Source: Malacoraja senta (Eukaryota). Taken from it: a DNA stretch of 64,000 bases. This document shows, piece by piece, positions 61,875 through 64,000 of this stretch. Both the position numbers and the translations under genes were made by a program. The stretch spans positions 3,474,001-3,538,000 of the forward strand of contig CM075996.1 in assembly GCA_038087875.1 (NCBI GenBank). Direction: 5' to 3'. Position 1 is the first letter of the stretch, and the number at the start of each line of letters is the position of its first letter. The notes beneath the pieces are model-generated. The model had not been told where the DNA came from. It made no database searches and saw only the letters and a list, made by a program, of their open reading frames with translations.

Positions 61875-61982
61875 ATCCGGAGGAAACCCATGTGGTCATA
61901 GGGAGGACGTGCAAACTCCACCACAGACAGCACCTGAGGTCAGGATCGAACCTGGGTCTCTGACGCTGTGATTGTGCCACCA
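61875..61982 (-). mobile_element. SINE 5' fragment
   Basis: Minus-strand box B GGTTCGATCCTGACCTCAGGTGCTGTCTGTG. Confidence 0.65.
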
Positions 61983-62619
61983 TTCCCCCACTTATTCTCC
62001 CGTCGCACTGTGTGTGACGTAGGAGAAATGGCATCGATGGGATAGTTCTTAGAGCTGGTATAGAATCAATGGGCTGAACGGTCTTCTTCCCTGTCATATG
62101 GAAATATGCTCCATCCAAGACATTGGGGGAGGGAAGGCAGTATTGTTAGCTTTGTCTTTTGAGACGCAGCATTATAAATCAACAAAGTATGTTGTGAAAG
62201 TGATCATTGCATGGTGTAGGAGGTGCTAAAATAAAAAGCTTGTGACTGAAGTTGCGGAAGAATTAACACTATTGAACAATATCAGCTGTGATTGGAAACC
62301 CAGACCAGGATGAAGAATTATCAATGGAAGGGTTAAAAGTTGCAACTATCTTTCTTGTGATTGGAGATGAACAGATAATATATTAGAAACCGAAGGAAAA
62401 GGCAGGCACTTATAAAGGTTTGAGATTCTCTCCAGACAAATGTAAACACTCAGCCTTTATATAGAGATATGTATTCAATTGAAGAAATGAAGAGCCAAGA
62501 ACAGATTGATCACTATGTTAGGCTTTTGAAGTACCTTTCAGAGACTTATTACTGATACTAGATAGAGTCGTGTTTAGAATCAGAAGCAACCAACTCAGAG
62601 AGAGTCAGAGCAAGGGGAA

Positions 62620-62932
62620 CTAGACAGATCGAATGAAAGAAAGATAGAGCATGTGTGACAGAGAGAAAGAGAGAGAGCAAAAGATGGAGTCAGTGAGTGA
62701 GAGAGAATAACCGAGAGAAAGAAGGACAAAGAATGAATGAAAGAGAGGGAAACGAGAGAGAGAGAGGAAGTGGAAGATATGGAGGAGTGAGAAAGAGAGA
62801 GAGGAAAACTGAGCTAGAGGCGAAAAGGGAGAGAGAAAGAGAGACTGAAAGGTTCAGAGGTGGGGATAGAGAGAAAGAAAAAAAGTGAGAGGAAGAGACA
62901 AGAAATGTGTGTGAGAGAGAGAGAGAGAGGAA
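62620..62932. repeat. GA-rich low-complexity tract / (GA)n
   Basis: Purine-dominated, ending in (GT)n(GA)n. Confidence 0.85.
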
Positions 62933-63723
62933 GACCTTGAATCTCAGAAATGCTGCATTACTTTAAATCTCTAAAATCGAATCGATGGTCAGGCTGAATT
63001 TTGGGACAGGTAGTGGCTTCTACTAACTAACTGAAGGTTCCACACTATAGATCGAGGTCAAGTATTTGAGGCCACGGGCCTGGAGGCAGCTCGTCAAGGA
63101 GGGAATTAAGATGTTCTGCTTTTCTGGAGCCAGCTGCGACTCCCTACAGTACGGAGTGGTACAGATTCCCACATGTACTCAGTAAAGCTGAGCCTGTTCC
63201 CTCTATTGGGTTCAATCAAATCTGTCAGTGTCCATTCAAAAACCACACACGTGTTTGGACTCTGCACTAGGTCTGTGACGGTTCTGAAAACAGTTGAACA
63301 TGAGGGCACGGGGAGGGTACTCGACTTTTCCAGACTGCTCTGCCAGTTAGGTGGCTTATTACCTTGGGTGACCTATTACCTTAGCTCTATTCCTGATTTA
63401 ACTAATTGTCCCTTGATATCCTCACCAATAAAATTCATCTTGTCCTTTAATGCTCCTTTTGTCCCATCATCGTCATCTTGATGGGTTAAATGGAGCTTTT
63501 GAGCCCCTGCTTATTTGTTCTCATATTCATCCACTTCATCATCTTGTAATATTAAAATATTAGCTGGCATTGGGGACCCCATGATGGTGCCAAAGTGTGA
63601 CACATATATCCCCTTGATTCTACTCTAAAGTCTTGGTTTTGCTTGCAGCTTTGTTTCCCACACTGTCTCGTAGAATTTATGTGTAATTTATGTATATAGG
63701 GATTGTTTATGTTTTTGAGTGTT

Positions 63724-64000
63724 ATAGACAACAGACAATAGACAATAGGTGCAGGAGTAGGCCATTCGGCCCTTCGAGCCAGCACCGCCATTCAATGTGA
63801 TCATGGCTGATCATCCCCAATCAGTACCCTGTTCCTGCCTTCTCCCCATATCCCCTGACTCCGCTGTTTTTAAGAGCCCTATCTAGCTCTCTCTTGAAAG
63901 CATCCAGAGAACCTGCCTCCACCGCCCTCTGAGGCAGAGAATTCCACAGACTCACCACTCTCTGTGAGAAAAAGTGTTTCCTCGTCTCCGTTCTAAATGG
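63724..64000 (-). mobile_element. CR1 3' fragment running off the window end
   Basis: Near-identical to 33161-33430. Confidence 0.87.

Noticed and set aside
62697..62888. Glu/Arg-rich ORF
   Set aside because: Translation of a GA-rich low-complexity tract.

Overview
Eukaryotic, repeat-dense DNA, most likely an intron or intergenic region of a cartilaginous fish (skate/ray). This is inferred from HE1/V-SINE-like and HER1/CR1-like repeats, not proven. No host protein-coding gene, rRNA, tRNA gene or CRISPR array is recognisable, and nearly all short ORFs in the track are transposon debris. The main element is a full-length DIRS1-type tyrosine-recombinase retrotransposon (18774-23577, minus strand). 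It has ITRs, an ICR, a broken gag, and open RT-RNaseH-MT and YR frames; both ORF junctions are ATGA stop/start overlaps. About 20 Penelope-like terminal repeats carry a minimal hammerhead-ribozyme motif (CTGAAGA-stem-GAAAC-GTC), and RT and GIY-YIG remnants tie them to Penelope. Also present: a degenerate Rex1/Babar LINE with an in-frame 75-bp minisatellite and a nested CR1; a non-autonomous Helitron with two 5' ends; two L1/Tx1 3' fragments with clean TSDs; several TIR elements/MITEs; RTE-derived elements; a GC-rich non-autonomous retroelement family; many CR1 3' ends and tRNA-derived SINEs; and a 200-N gap. Family names come from motif recall rather than database searches, and boundaries of degraded repeats are approximate.
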